DNA of 64,000 bases, taken from positions 1 through 64,000 of IMG/VR virus record IMGVR_UViG_3300036770_006296; one strand, given 5' to 3'. This document shows, in pieces, positions 56,644-64,000 of this stretch (position 1 is its first letter; every line of letters begins with the position of its first letter). The position numbers were made by a program, and so were the translations under genes. A model generated the notes under the pieces. The model made no database searches, had not been told where the DNA came from, and saw only the letters and a list, made by a program, of their open reading frames with translations.

Positions 56644-57206
56644 AAGTATATTTAGTAGAAAGTATGCTTAAAGGCGGAAGATATTTTAATGACGAAAATT
56701 CATTAATAAATTTTTTAGCAGCAGAAAAGAATAAGAAAAAAACAACCACAGAATACAACGTAAAAGTAATAGAGGGGGATGTAGTTAAAGAGTGTATTGG
56801 GGAGCTTTACTTAAATGATATCTCGTCTAGTAATATAGAAAAAGCAGAAGATAAAGTACTTCTTAGTATGCTAGAAGATTTTAAGAATCTTTTCAAAGAA
56901 TTAGCACCAAATAATTATAAAAAAGACAAATTTTTAGTTAGTCTGGGGATTATTCCTATTAATAAAAAGGAGATTAATAAATTCTTCAAAAAATGGGAAA
57001 TTTATTTGGTTTATGAGGTATCTAGTAAGATTGAGTGGTATCGATGTATACTGGGGATTTATTCGTACGAAAAAGTTGAGCCTTATCACATAAGAGAATT
57101 TATATACAAGAACGGCACTAACAATCTTGGGAGATGTAAAACTTCTGAAGAAACTGTAAAAAATTTCAATAAGGCGAAATCTGAATCCACTAAAAAGCCC
57201 TCATAA
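56640..57206 (+). CDS. Hypothetical protein
   Basis: 188-aa ORF whose stop codon lies in the terminator loop. Confidence 0.5.
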   Translation: MKVYLVESMLKGGRYFNDENSLINFLAAEKNKKKTTTEYNVKVIEGDVVKECIGELYLNDISSSNIEKAEDKVLLSMLEDFKNLFKELAPNNYKKDKFLVSLGIIPINKKEINKFFKKWEIYLVYEVSSKIEWYRCILGIYSYEKVEPYHIREFIYKNGTNNLGRCKTSEETVKNFNKAKSESTKKPS

Positions 57207-57217
57207 GAGGGCTTTTT
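57192..57217. terminator. Bidirectional intrinsic terminator
   Basis: AAAAAGCCCTC-ATAA-GAGGGCTTTTT between convergent genes. Confidence 0.85.
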
Positions 57218-57238
57218 CATTTTCATTTATTATCTGGA

Positions 57239-57775
57239 TTAATAACCACCTCCGAAGATGTGAGTTTTGTAGTATGATCTATCTTTCTTAATGGCTGGGT
57301 GTTGTTTTCCACCTTCCCATTTTGATTTTTTAAGCATTTCTCTAATTTTTGGATCATTTTTAATATCTTCAGCAACTTTAGAAGTTAGTTCTTCTTGTCT
57401 GTCGATAAGGGTCGGATCTTTCTTGATCATTTCTTTAACTCTCTGCTCAGCTTCAGTTTTAATCCATTGCTTATTAGTTCTCCAACCTTCTAGCCAAGTA
57501 CCTCCCAAAGCTAATGTAACAAGTCCTGCAATTACGCTAGGGAAAAGAATAAAGAAATCTGTGATTGTTAAAAGTCCATCAGATCCTAAAAATTCATAAA
57601 CTCTTCCTTCGTGCATTCCTTCTTCTTCCAAGTCAGATTGCACCATTCTTAAAAGTTCTTCCGGATCCACTCCCATTCTAGCAGCAGCGTCTCTCACAAA
57701 GTTTTTAGATACTGGTTTTAATCCTTCGTTCATTCCTTTTCCTAGGAAATTTTCGAATTGTTCTATATTTATCAT
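57239..57775 (-). CDS. CTS-tagged protein with a hydrophobic segment (minus strand)
   Basis: MINIEQFENFL...MNEG leader and TM-like FFILFPSVIAGLVTLALGG; GATATATAG lies on the minus strand at 57795-57803. Confidence 0.6.
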   Translation of the reverse strand: MINIEQFENFLGKGMNEGLKPVSKNFVRDAAARMGVDPEELLRMVQSDLEEEGMHEGRVYEFLGSDGLLTITDFFILFPSVIAGLVTLALGGTWLEGWRTNKQWIKTEAEQRVKEMIKKDPTLIDRQEELTSKVAEDIKNDPKIREMLKKSKWEGGKQHPAIKKDRSYYKTHIFGGGY

Positions 57776-57857
57776 CTTGTTATGCTTTTTATAACTATAT
57801 ATCTCTTCCTAGGTAAGATTTTAATGTATGGATATATAAGGTAAATAATATATAGTT

Positions 57858-58013
57858 ATGAAATTTAAAAATTCATGGAAATCCAACACTAAACAATGGG
57901 ACAAGCTTCAAATAAATGTTAGAGTTGGAGCAGTTACAGTATTTAGTCTCGACCTTGACTGGTCTAAAAGAAAGTTTGCTCTTTCTATAATGAACTTTAA
58001 AATAAGCAACTAA
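57858..58013 (+). CDS. Small hypothetical protein; absent from the ORF track
   Basis: 51 aa, MKFKNSWKSNTKQWDKLQINVRVGAVTVFSLDLDWSKRKFALSIMNFKISN, behind GATATATAA (57831-57839) and abutting the next gene. Confidence 0.55.
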   Translation: MKFKNSWKSNTKQWDKLQINVRVGAVTVFSLDLDWSKRKFALSIMNFKISN

Positions 58014-58014
58014 A

Positions 58015-58521
58015 ATGAGTTCAATAAAAAGATTTGAACAGTTTCTTAATGAAGAAAAATGGATCAAAGGCGCTATAGAACATCCAGGAGCTCTTAGAAG
58101 ACATTTTCATAAGAAGGAGGGAGAAAAGATCACTAAAACTGAAATAGGTGATGAAATTGCCGATCTTATGAGAAAAGATATGGACAAGAAAAAACCTGGT
58201 GCTCAGTTAGGTAAAAGAGATGCTACTCTTTACAAAAGACTTCAATTAGCAAAAACCCTCAGAGGTATGAATGAGGATCACGATGAGATGGATAATTATA
58301 TGTTCTTTGCAAATGTTTCTAATATAAAAAGAATGTGTGAGGAGATATTACAAATGGATCCTTCACAAGTTGATTCGCTTCTTAGTGACGGACACGGATG
58401 GGCTACTGATCACATAGCAACTTCTAAAGATGATGTTGAAGAAGTTTATGGATTTTTAAAATCCTCAATGGAATTACATCATGATGAAGAGGGAATGATC
58501 TCCGATGGAGAGGAATGTTAA
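58015..58521 (+). CDS. Hypothetical protein with CTS-like N-terminus
   Basis: MSSIKRFEQFLNEE leader; basic KWIKGAIEHPGALRR domain; internal MNE site; acidic C-domain. Confidence 0.55.
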   Translation: MSSIKRFEQFLNEEKWIKGAIEHPGALRRHFHKKEGEKITKTEIGDEIADLMRKDMDKKKPGAQLGKRDATLYKRLQLAKTLRGMNEDHDEMDNYMFFANVSNIKRMCEEILQMDPSQVDSLLSDGHGWATDHIATSKDDVEEVYGFLKSSMELHHDEEGMISDGEEC

Positions 58522-58537
58522 GATAAAAAATAAAAAA

Positions 58538-60694
58538 ATGAAATACCTTTCTTTATTTGATGATTATAAATTATCCGAAGAAGAATCCTACCTGTTTGAT
58601 AATGATTCATTGTTTGAGTCTAAAATAAACCAGATGATGTCACTTAGACAAAATGGGTGTGCAGCTGGTATGGATCTTAATGAATTTAAGTCAGCTTTTA
58701 GAAGAGATTCTTTACTTGAGAATAGGGGATATGAAGAATCTGAGGCCTTATTAGAAAAAGCCCATAGCGTATATGAACTAGGAATGCTACAAGAATCTAA
58801 ATCACATTGGTTTGATGATGATAAACCCCTTATGTATGAACACTCCAAGGGGGTTATTTCTTATCTAGAATTTGAAGGTAATATACTTTTATTTAAAGAG
58901 GGTGAAGCTTTTGCAATCACTGAAAAATCGCTAAGGATGCTTAAAGATAACGATCAATCAATCAATGAGGATCTTTTTAATGAAGTGATAGGAGGTAAAT
59001 TATATGAGTATTCATTTAGCGATTTCTGTGGAGATGTGTGGAGTGGAGTAAAATCAGGAGCTAAATGGGTAGACAGAAACATAGTGCAGCCTGCTAAAAA
59101 AGTTGTTACTGAATATGTAATAGATCCTTTAAAACAATTGTGGGATAATCTAACTGATGGCGCTAAAAAACTTTACCAATTTGCCAAGAAAGTTATGAAT
59201 GCTATAGCATCTTTTGTTTCTGAGAATTGGCAAGACATTCTATTCTATGTTTCTGTCGCTTTACAGGTTATTGCCGGTATAATAGCTTTTATTCCTGCAG
59301 CTGGTCAAGTCGCAGGACCTGTTCTGTTGATAATAGCAGGAGCTATACAAATAGGAACCGGAGCGTATGATATTTACGAAGGTGTAAAAATAACGAGAGA
59401 GTGCCCAACTGATCCTATAAAAAAAGCTGCACCGGAATTTATAAAAGGTGGAGCTAAACTTCTGGGAGGTGGTGTTAGTTTGTTATTAGGTATACACGAT
59501 GTATCTACTAGTGCTAAAGCAGCAATACCAGGAGCAGCAGCTACCAGTACTGCAGTTGCAGTTCCTGCAAAGGCTTGGGTTAAAACAACTACTGCAGGAT
59601 TAAGCAAGGCTGGAGCAGCTGTGGGTATGTTCGAAACCCTTATTAAATTTTTAATTGATTCTGCTGGAACTGCTGCTAGTAAAGCCGTTACCAAAAAAGT
59701 AGCAACTACCGGCGGAAAATATGTTGCACAGAAAACTTCACTACTAGCTGGTGAAGCCCTAACTAAAGCAGGAGCTGAGATACTGGGAAAAAAATTAGGG
59801 GATAAAGCTAATGAATCTGCAATTCCTATGTTATGTATAGCTGGACAATACGCTTTAGGGTGGTTATGGGACATTATATTATCTGCAGTTTCTGGAATAG
59901 GTAAATTAATTAATGGCATACTGGATTTACCAACTAGAACAGTTAAAGCCATAGACAATTTTAATAGAGAATATTCCGATAGTGCATTTGGATGGATAGT
60001 AGGAGGAGCATTAAAGCTTTTTGTGAAACCAGTTGCTAAAGTTCTCTCCTGGTTTTGTGAAAATAAAATAAAACCCTTAGTTAAGCCCGTTACTGACTGG
60101 ATGATTGGATTAGGTAAACATAACAAATCCATAAAGCAATCAGTGGAGGGTAACGCATCTTTAAAAGCTGCAGTTAGCGGAGGAAAAATACCTCAACCTA
60201 AGGGAGGAATACCACAAGAAAAAGTTACTGTAACAGAAAAAGATAAAAGTAATCTTGCTAAAATAATGGCGTCTGAATCTGGGAAAGCTTCAGATAAATC
60301 CATAGCTAAATCAAGTGGATTTTACAATGAAAAATTCAAGAAAATTCAATCGGATATACAATCGAAGATTAAGAAACAACAGGAAAAACTTTATAAAGAT
60401 AAATTCCCAGGCATTTTAAAGAATGAAGCTAAAGGTAAATGGCACACCCTAAAGGATGGAACTTTATGTTTCGAATTTAAATCAGATTCTGCAAAAGGCT
60501 CTGTAATACTTTATAATAACGGCAGGTATATGGTTAGCGACGGTCCTAATAAAGGGGCCAAAGGAAACTATACAGCAAAAAATAATATCGATATACAACC
60601 ACCTAAAGGAGGATTTAAGAATCCAAAGAAGGAAGGCAAGAAGAACGAATCTAGAAACTATATAAGAACTTTCGAATCCTTCTCTTTCTCCTAA
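58538..60694 (+). CDS. Large CTS-tagged protein with hydrophobic/amphipathic helices, paralog A (ejection/pore-forming candidate)
   Basis: MKYLSLFDD leader (ATG at 58538); W-spaced amphipathic helices; TM-like ILFYVSVALQVIAGIIAFIPAAGQVAGPVLLIIAG. Confidence 0.5.
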   Translation: MKYLSLFDDYKLSEEESYLFDNDSLFESKINQMMSLRQNGCAAGMDLNEFKSAFRRDSLLENRGYEESEALLEKAHSVYELGMLQESKSHWFDDDKPLMYEHSKGVISYLEFEGNILLFKEGEAFAITEKSLRMLKDNDQSINEDLFNEVIGGKLYEYSFSDFCGDVWSGVKSGAKWVDRNIVQPAKKVVTEYVIDPLKQLWDNLTDGAKKLYQFAKKVMNAIASFVSENWQDILFYVSVALQVIAGIIAFIPAAGQVAGPVLLIIAGAIQIGTGAYDIYEGVKITRECPTDPIKKAAPEFIKGGAKLLGGGVSLLLGIHDVSTSAKAAIPGAAATSTAVAVPAKAWVKTTTAGLSKAGAAVGMFETLIKFLIDSAGTAASKAVTKKVATTGGKYVAQKTSLLAGEALTKAGAEILGKKLGDKANESAIPMLCIAGQYALGWLWDIILSAVSGIGKLINGILDLPTRTVKAIDNFNREYSDSAFGWIVGGALKLFVKPVAKVLSWFCENKIKPLVKPVTDWMIGLGKHNKSIKQSVEGNASLKAAVSGGKIPQPKGGIPQEKVTVTEKDKSNLAKIMASESGKASDKSIAKSSGFYNEKFKKIQSDIQSKIKKQQEKLYKDKFPGILKNEAKGKWHTLKDGTLCFEFKSDSAKGSVILYNNGRYMVSDGPNKGAKGNYTAKNNIDIQPPKGGFKNPKKEGKKNESRNYIRTFESFSFS

Positions 60695-60720
60695 GGAATA
60701 TATAAAGTAAAATGATAAGA

Positions 60721-62823
60721 ATGAAATACCTATCACTATTTGATGATTTTGACCAAATTGAAGAATCATACTCCTTTGATAACGATTCCTTATTAGAATC
60801 AAAATTGAATCAGATGAGTTCGCTAAAAGAAAGCTGCATGGCAGCATGGGACTTTGGAACATTTAGTGATTTTTTCAATGGATTCATTAATGAGAGCGTA
60901 TCTGATATCGAAAGAGAATTACTTTTAGAAAAAGCATATTACACATATGAGTTAGGCGTATTATACGAGCACAATAAAGATTGGTTTAATAGCAAGGATA
61001 ATATCTACTATCTGGAAGACAATTCTAATGATGTACCAAGGGCTATTCTTTTTAAAGATAATAGATTACATATAATATCCGGTGAAACTATATCCAAATT
61101 AAAAGAGGGATTAGATACTCTTAATGAGGGATTTTTTGGGGATTTAATAGACGGAGCAGCCAATCTAATAGGAAAAGGAGTAAAGGCAGTTAAAGGAGCT
61201 GTTAAAAAATACGTAGTGGAACCCGTCAAGAAAGCAGCTGCTTATGTTGGTGACAAGGTATCTAAAGCTTGGGATGCTTTATCAAGTGGAGCTAAAGCCG
61301 TTTGGGAATTTGGTAAAAAAATAGCTTCTGCAGTTGCTGCTTTTGTTAGCGAGGATCCAATAAATGCAATAGCAATAGGATTAATGATTATATCTGGTAT
61401 AATCTCTTTTATACCTGCTGCAGGTACAGTTATTGGACCAGTCCTCATGGTGATAGCAGGAGTTTTACAGCTATATACAGGAGGAAGAGATTTAGTAAAA
61501 GCTAGTAAAGAGGTGGGATCAGCAGAAAAGGTTGTTGATATATTAAAAGGAGGCACCAAAATTATATTTGGGTCTGCTAGCTTATTGTTAGGAATAAAAG
61601 ATATTGTAACATCAGCTGCATCTGCCCTTCCCGGAATGGGAGCAACCGGCGTTGCTATAAAATCATCAGTTACTAGCTGGGCAACAAACTTCAGTAAAAC
61701 TGCTTTTGGCGCACCTGCAAGTAAAGGAATAGGAGCAGCTTTAGGATGTTCCGCTTGGATTTCTGAATTTTTCTCTACCCTCTGTCTTAATGCTCCCTTT
61801 ATGAAAAAATTTGTAGATGTGGCAGCAGATGGTTCTAAGGTTATAAATAAAAAATGGCTGGATGTAGGAACCAAAATTGCTAATGCAGGAGCAGGAAAGG
61901 GTGTAGAAGCCGTAACTGCTACAGATAAAAAACAAAATGCAAGTCTAGATTTAGACTCATATAACAATCATTTGGACGAAGATAAAGGCGGGGGATCATG
62001 GGGATTCGGAGAACTTGTAGTAAACTTCCTAGCCTATGTGGGAAAAGCATGTTTCTCGTGGTTATTTAAAGCTATTACCGGTGCTTTATCAGGGATAGGC
62101 AAGCTTATAAATGGAATAATGGATCTTCCCTCGAGAATAACAAAGGGAATAGATTCATTTAGAGAAAAATATAAATCATCCTTCATAGGAGGTATTCTAT
62201 CAGGGGCTCTTGCAACATTTGTAAGACCTTTTTCTAGCGTTGCATCTAAAGTGATAGATGGATATGTTAAACCAATAGTTAAACCGGTTACAGGTTGGAT
62301 GATAGATCTTGGTAAAAAAGAGGCATCTATTTCAGCTAAAATAAAAGCTAATCCAGTACTGGCAAAACCTCCTATACCAGGAGTAAAAGACCCAGGTAAA
62401 GTAACTATCCCACAGAAAAAAGTTGAGATATCACCTAAAGATCAGGCAGCTATAAAGAAAATCGGAGTTACTGGAGTAAAAACAATGGTTAAATCTGGAG
62501 GTGGATCGGAAAAAATGGTGGAAAAGATCAACAAAGCTCAGGATGAATTCAAAAAGAAATTTCCTGGGGTTTCTAAAGAAAAAGGATCCTGGGGACAAAG
62601 TCCTAGCGGTAAAGCAACTTACACCATAAAATCAAAAGAAGCAGAAGGCTCAGTTACCCTGTTCAATGACGGTAAATACACAGTTGTAACAGGTCCCAAC
62701 AAAAAAGCTAGAGGGGAATTTAAAGCCGACAAGGGAATAAAATTGATGGAGCCTAAGGATGGATGGAAGAAAAAGAATGAATCTAGAAGATATGTTCTAC
62801 CTATAAATTCTTTCTTGGGTTGA
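60721..62823 (+). CDS. Large CTS-tagged protein with hydrophobic/amphipathic helices, paralog B
   Basis: MKYLSLFDD leader; IAIGLMIISGIISFIPAAGTVIGPVLMVIAG; colinear similarity to paralog A; preceded by GAATATATAA (60696-60705). Confidence 0.5.
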   Translation: MKYLSLFDDFDQIEESYSFDNDSLLESKLNQMSSLKESCMAAWDFGTFSDFFNGFINESVSDIERELLLEKAYYTYELGVLYEHNKDWFNSKDNIYYLEDNSNDVPRAILFKDNRLHIISGETISKLKEGLDTLNEGFFGDLIDGAANLIGKGVKAVKGAVKKYVVEPVKKAAAYVGDKVSKAWDALSSGAKAVWEFGKKIASAVAAFVSEDPINAIAIGLMIISGIISFIPAAGTVIGPVLMVIAGVLQLYTGGRDLVKASKEVGSAEKVVDILKGGTKIIFGSASLLLGIKDIVTSAASALPGMGATGVAIKSSVTSWATNFSKTAFGAPASKGIGAALGCSAWISEFFSTLCLNAPFMKKFVDVAADGSKVINKKWLDVGTKIANAGAGKGVEAVTATDKKQNASLDLDSYNNHLDEDKGGGSWGFGELVVNFLAYVGKACFSWLFKAITGALSGIGKLINGIMDLPSRITKGIDSFREKYKSSFIGGILSGALATFVRPFSSVASKVIDGYVKPIVKPVTGWMIDLGKKEASISAKIKANPVLAKPPIPGVKDPGKVTIPQKKVEISPKDQAAIKKIGVTGVKTMVKSGGGSEKMVEKINKAQDEFKKKFPGVSKEKGSWGQSPSGKATYTIKSKEAEGSVTLFNDGKYTVVTGPNKKARGEFKADKGIKLMEPKDGWKKKNESRRYVLPINSFLG

Positions 62824-62840
62824 AAACAATTTATTAATTA

Positions 62841-62849
62841 GATATATAA
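62841..62849 (+). promoter_or_regulatory. Putative late promoter GATATATAA
   Basis: Intergenic, before the ATG at 62866. Confidence 0.6.
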
Positions 62850-62865
62850 AACATAAAAAAACAAA

Positions 62866-64000
62866 ATGAAAAAACAAGTATTATCTTTCAACGAATTTAT
62901 ATTCGAAGCTTATAATTCAGTATCTAGAATAATGGAAGGAGAAGTATCCGGAGCTGAAGAATTGATAGAAGCTATAAGTAAATTGGACAAAGCCGGATTA
63001 TCAGCAGAGGCCAAGAAACAGTTAGGCAATTTATCAGGAATAGCTAAAGCAGTTCAAACTACTGAAAATCCAAATGCCGAGAAACATCTAGGAGAAGGCT
63101 TACTAGGGGTTTTGGATAATCTAACAACAACCGGTGTTGAAATAACAGGTATCGTATCAAAGGTTAATACTATTACCTATGACAATCTAATTGCTGGGCA
63201 TGTTTTACTGGAGGATGATAAAAGAGTTAATCTATTGGATTTCTTATATCTTATTAATAGTGAAAACTGTTACAGTAAAATCAATATAGGAGCTTTTGAG
63301 GAAGATGGAAAATTAGAATGGAGCAAGATTCAAACTGATAGAAGATTTACCTTAGCAATGGAGGATTACAGGAAAACAGCAGGTGGCAAAAGATTGAAAC
63401 CTGGAGCAGCTAAATTTGGCAACTTTATTGGATCTTTCTTTTCAAGAGACCCTAATGTTGAGAAAAAAACTAAAGATAGTGTTTACTTAACAGGATCTGG
63501 ATTATTAGGAAATGAAGTTATAACAGGTATCGAAAGCGGAGTTATAAAGACAGAAAAATCTGTTTCCACTTATAAAGATATGGCTCTTGGAGGTAAAAGT
63601 AAAAAAGGAAGAGATAAAAAAGGGTTTTCTAATATTGGAGGAGATAAGAGCGTAATTACTGGATATAATATTGCTCTTCCTTTAGGTGCTGAACTAACGC
63701 CCAATCAAAAATTCCCAACTAAAGGAGCTACTAAAGTATCTAAGAATCCTAAGGCTTACTTTAGTCTTGTTCTTTATACTATGGGACAATCAGAAAAATC
63801 AAATAGAGAAATACCATTTAGTGATTTAGTACTCATAGAAAAAATGAGACCTACTGGCGAAACTATCGTTGAATATACGCTTGATATGTACAACAATGAC
63901 GAAAATGGTAAGCCTCTATTATTTGCTGTGGATTCATCAGTACTTACTGCAGCAGGGAAGGACAACATTAAAGCTGCCATAGAGCAATTTTATGCAATTG
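62866..64000 (+). CDS. CTS-tagged protein running off the right edge, with the probable start of an OmpA-like peptidoglycan-binding domain
   Basis: Read by hand as open from the ATG at 62866 (MKKQVLSFNEFIFEA...) to the window end (...LLFAVDSSVLTAAGKDNIKAAIEQF); not in the ORF track because it has no stop in the window. Confidence 0.6.
   Translation, partial: MKKQVLSFNEFIFEAYNSVSRIMEGEVSGAEELIEAISKLDKAGLSAEAKKQLGNLSGIAKAVQTTENPNAEKHLGEGLLGVLDNLTTTGVEITGIVSKVNTITYDNLIAGHVLLEDDKRVNLLDFLYLINSENCYSKINIGAFEEDGKLEWSKIQTDRRFTLAMEDYRKTAGGKRLKPGAAKFGNFIGSFFSRDPNVEKKTKDSVYLTGSGLLGNEVITGIESGVIKTEKSVSTYKDMALGGKSKKGRDKKGFSNIGGDKSVITGYNIALPLGAELTPNQKFPTKGATKVSKNPKAYFSLVLYTMGQSEKSNREIPFSDLVLIEKMRPTGETIVEYTLDMYNNDENGKPLLFAVDSSVLTAAGKDNIKAAIEQFYAI

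Noticed and set aside
57873-58067. Minus-strand 64-aa ORF in the track
   Set aside because: It overlaps a better plus-strand ORF (57858-58013) that has a late motif and abuts the next gene.
424-63980. Numerous short antisense ORFs inside long genes (e.g. 5205-5435, 13812-14141, 22273-22926, 59374-60132, 61242-61967)
   Set aside because: They are fully nested opposite well-supported genes, with no recognisable motifs or upstream promoter elements, and are explained by codon bias of the sense strand.
1-64000. Stop-codon reassignment (as in some Bacteroidota megaphages)
   Set aside because: Conserved genes end at TAG and TGA at expected lengths (e.g. uvsW and topo B at TAG), and coding density is already near complete in the standard code.
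1-64000. tRNA, rRNA or structured ncRNA genes
   Set aside because: Intergenic gaps are short (mostly well under 140 nt) and show no cloverleaf or T-loop signatures; tRNAscan-SE or Infernal would be needed to exclude them formally.

Overview
This is a gene-dense, AT-rich, almost entirely plus-strand segment of a large T4-like (myovirus-type) jumbo phage genome, read in the standard genetic code. Several signals point to a Bacteroidota host: a short Hc1/'histone H1'-like gene, a DUF4494-like gene, a LID-less adenylate kinase, A-rich leaders without Shine-Dalgarno motifs, and TAnnTTTG elements. The left end encodes virion/tail proteins (1-11.5 kb), followed by a recombination/replication block (RuvC-like, gp32-like SSB, primase, UvsY, UvsW). 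The rest interleaves replication and nucleotide genes with many late genes. The replication/nucleotide set includes a DNA polymerase B split into two genes about 16 kb apart, two separated topoisomerase II subunits, a clamp-like gene, NrdAB, dUTPase, Adk, UvsE, an MBD4-like glycosylase and DnaJ. About 20 late-gene products begin with a motif resembling the T4 capsid-targeting/prohead-protease signal (F-x-x-F-[ILV]-N-E). Two regulatory motifs recur: GATATATA before the putative late genes, and GAAAC-N16-nnTAnAA before replication genes. The most striking system is two paralogous loci, each with a MoxR-type AAA+ ATPase and a DUF2201-like HExxH metallopeptidase-VWA protein that is split into separate peptidase and VWA genes. 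The ATPases and peptidases carry the putative packaging tag, which suggests a virion-carried ATP-dependent remodelling/proteolysis machine. All family calls come from motif recognition by eye; no database searches were run.
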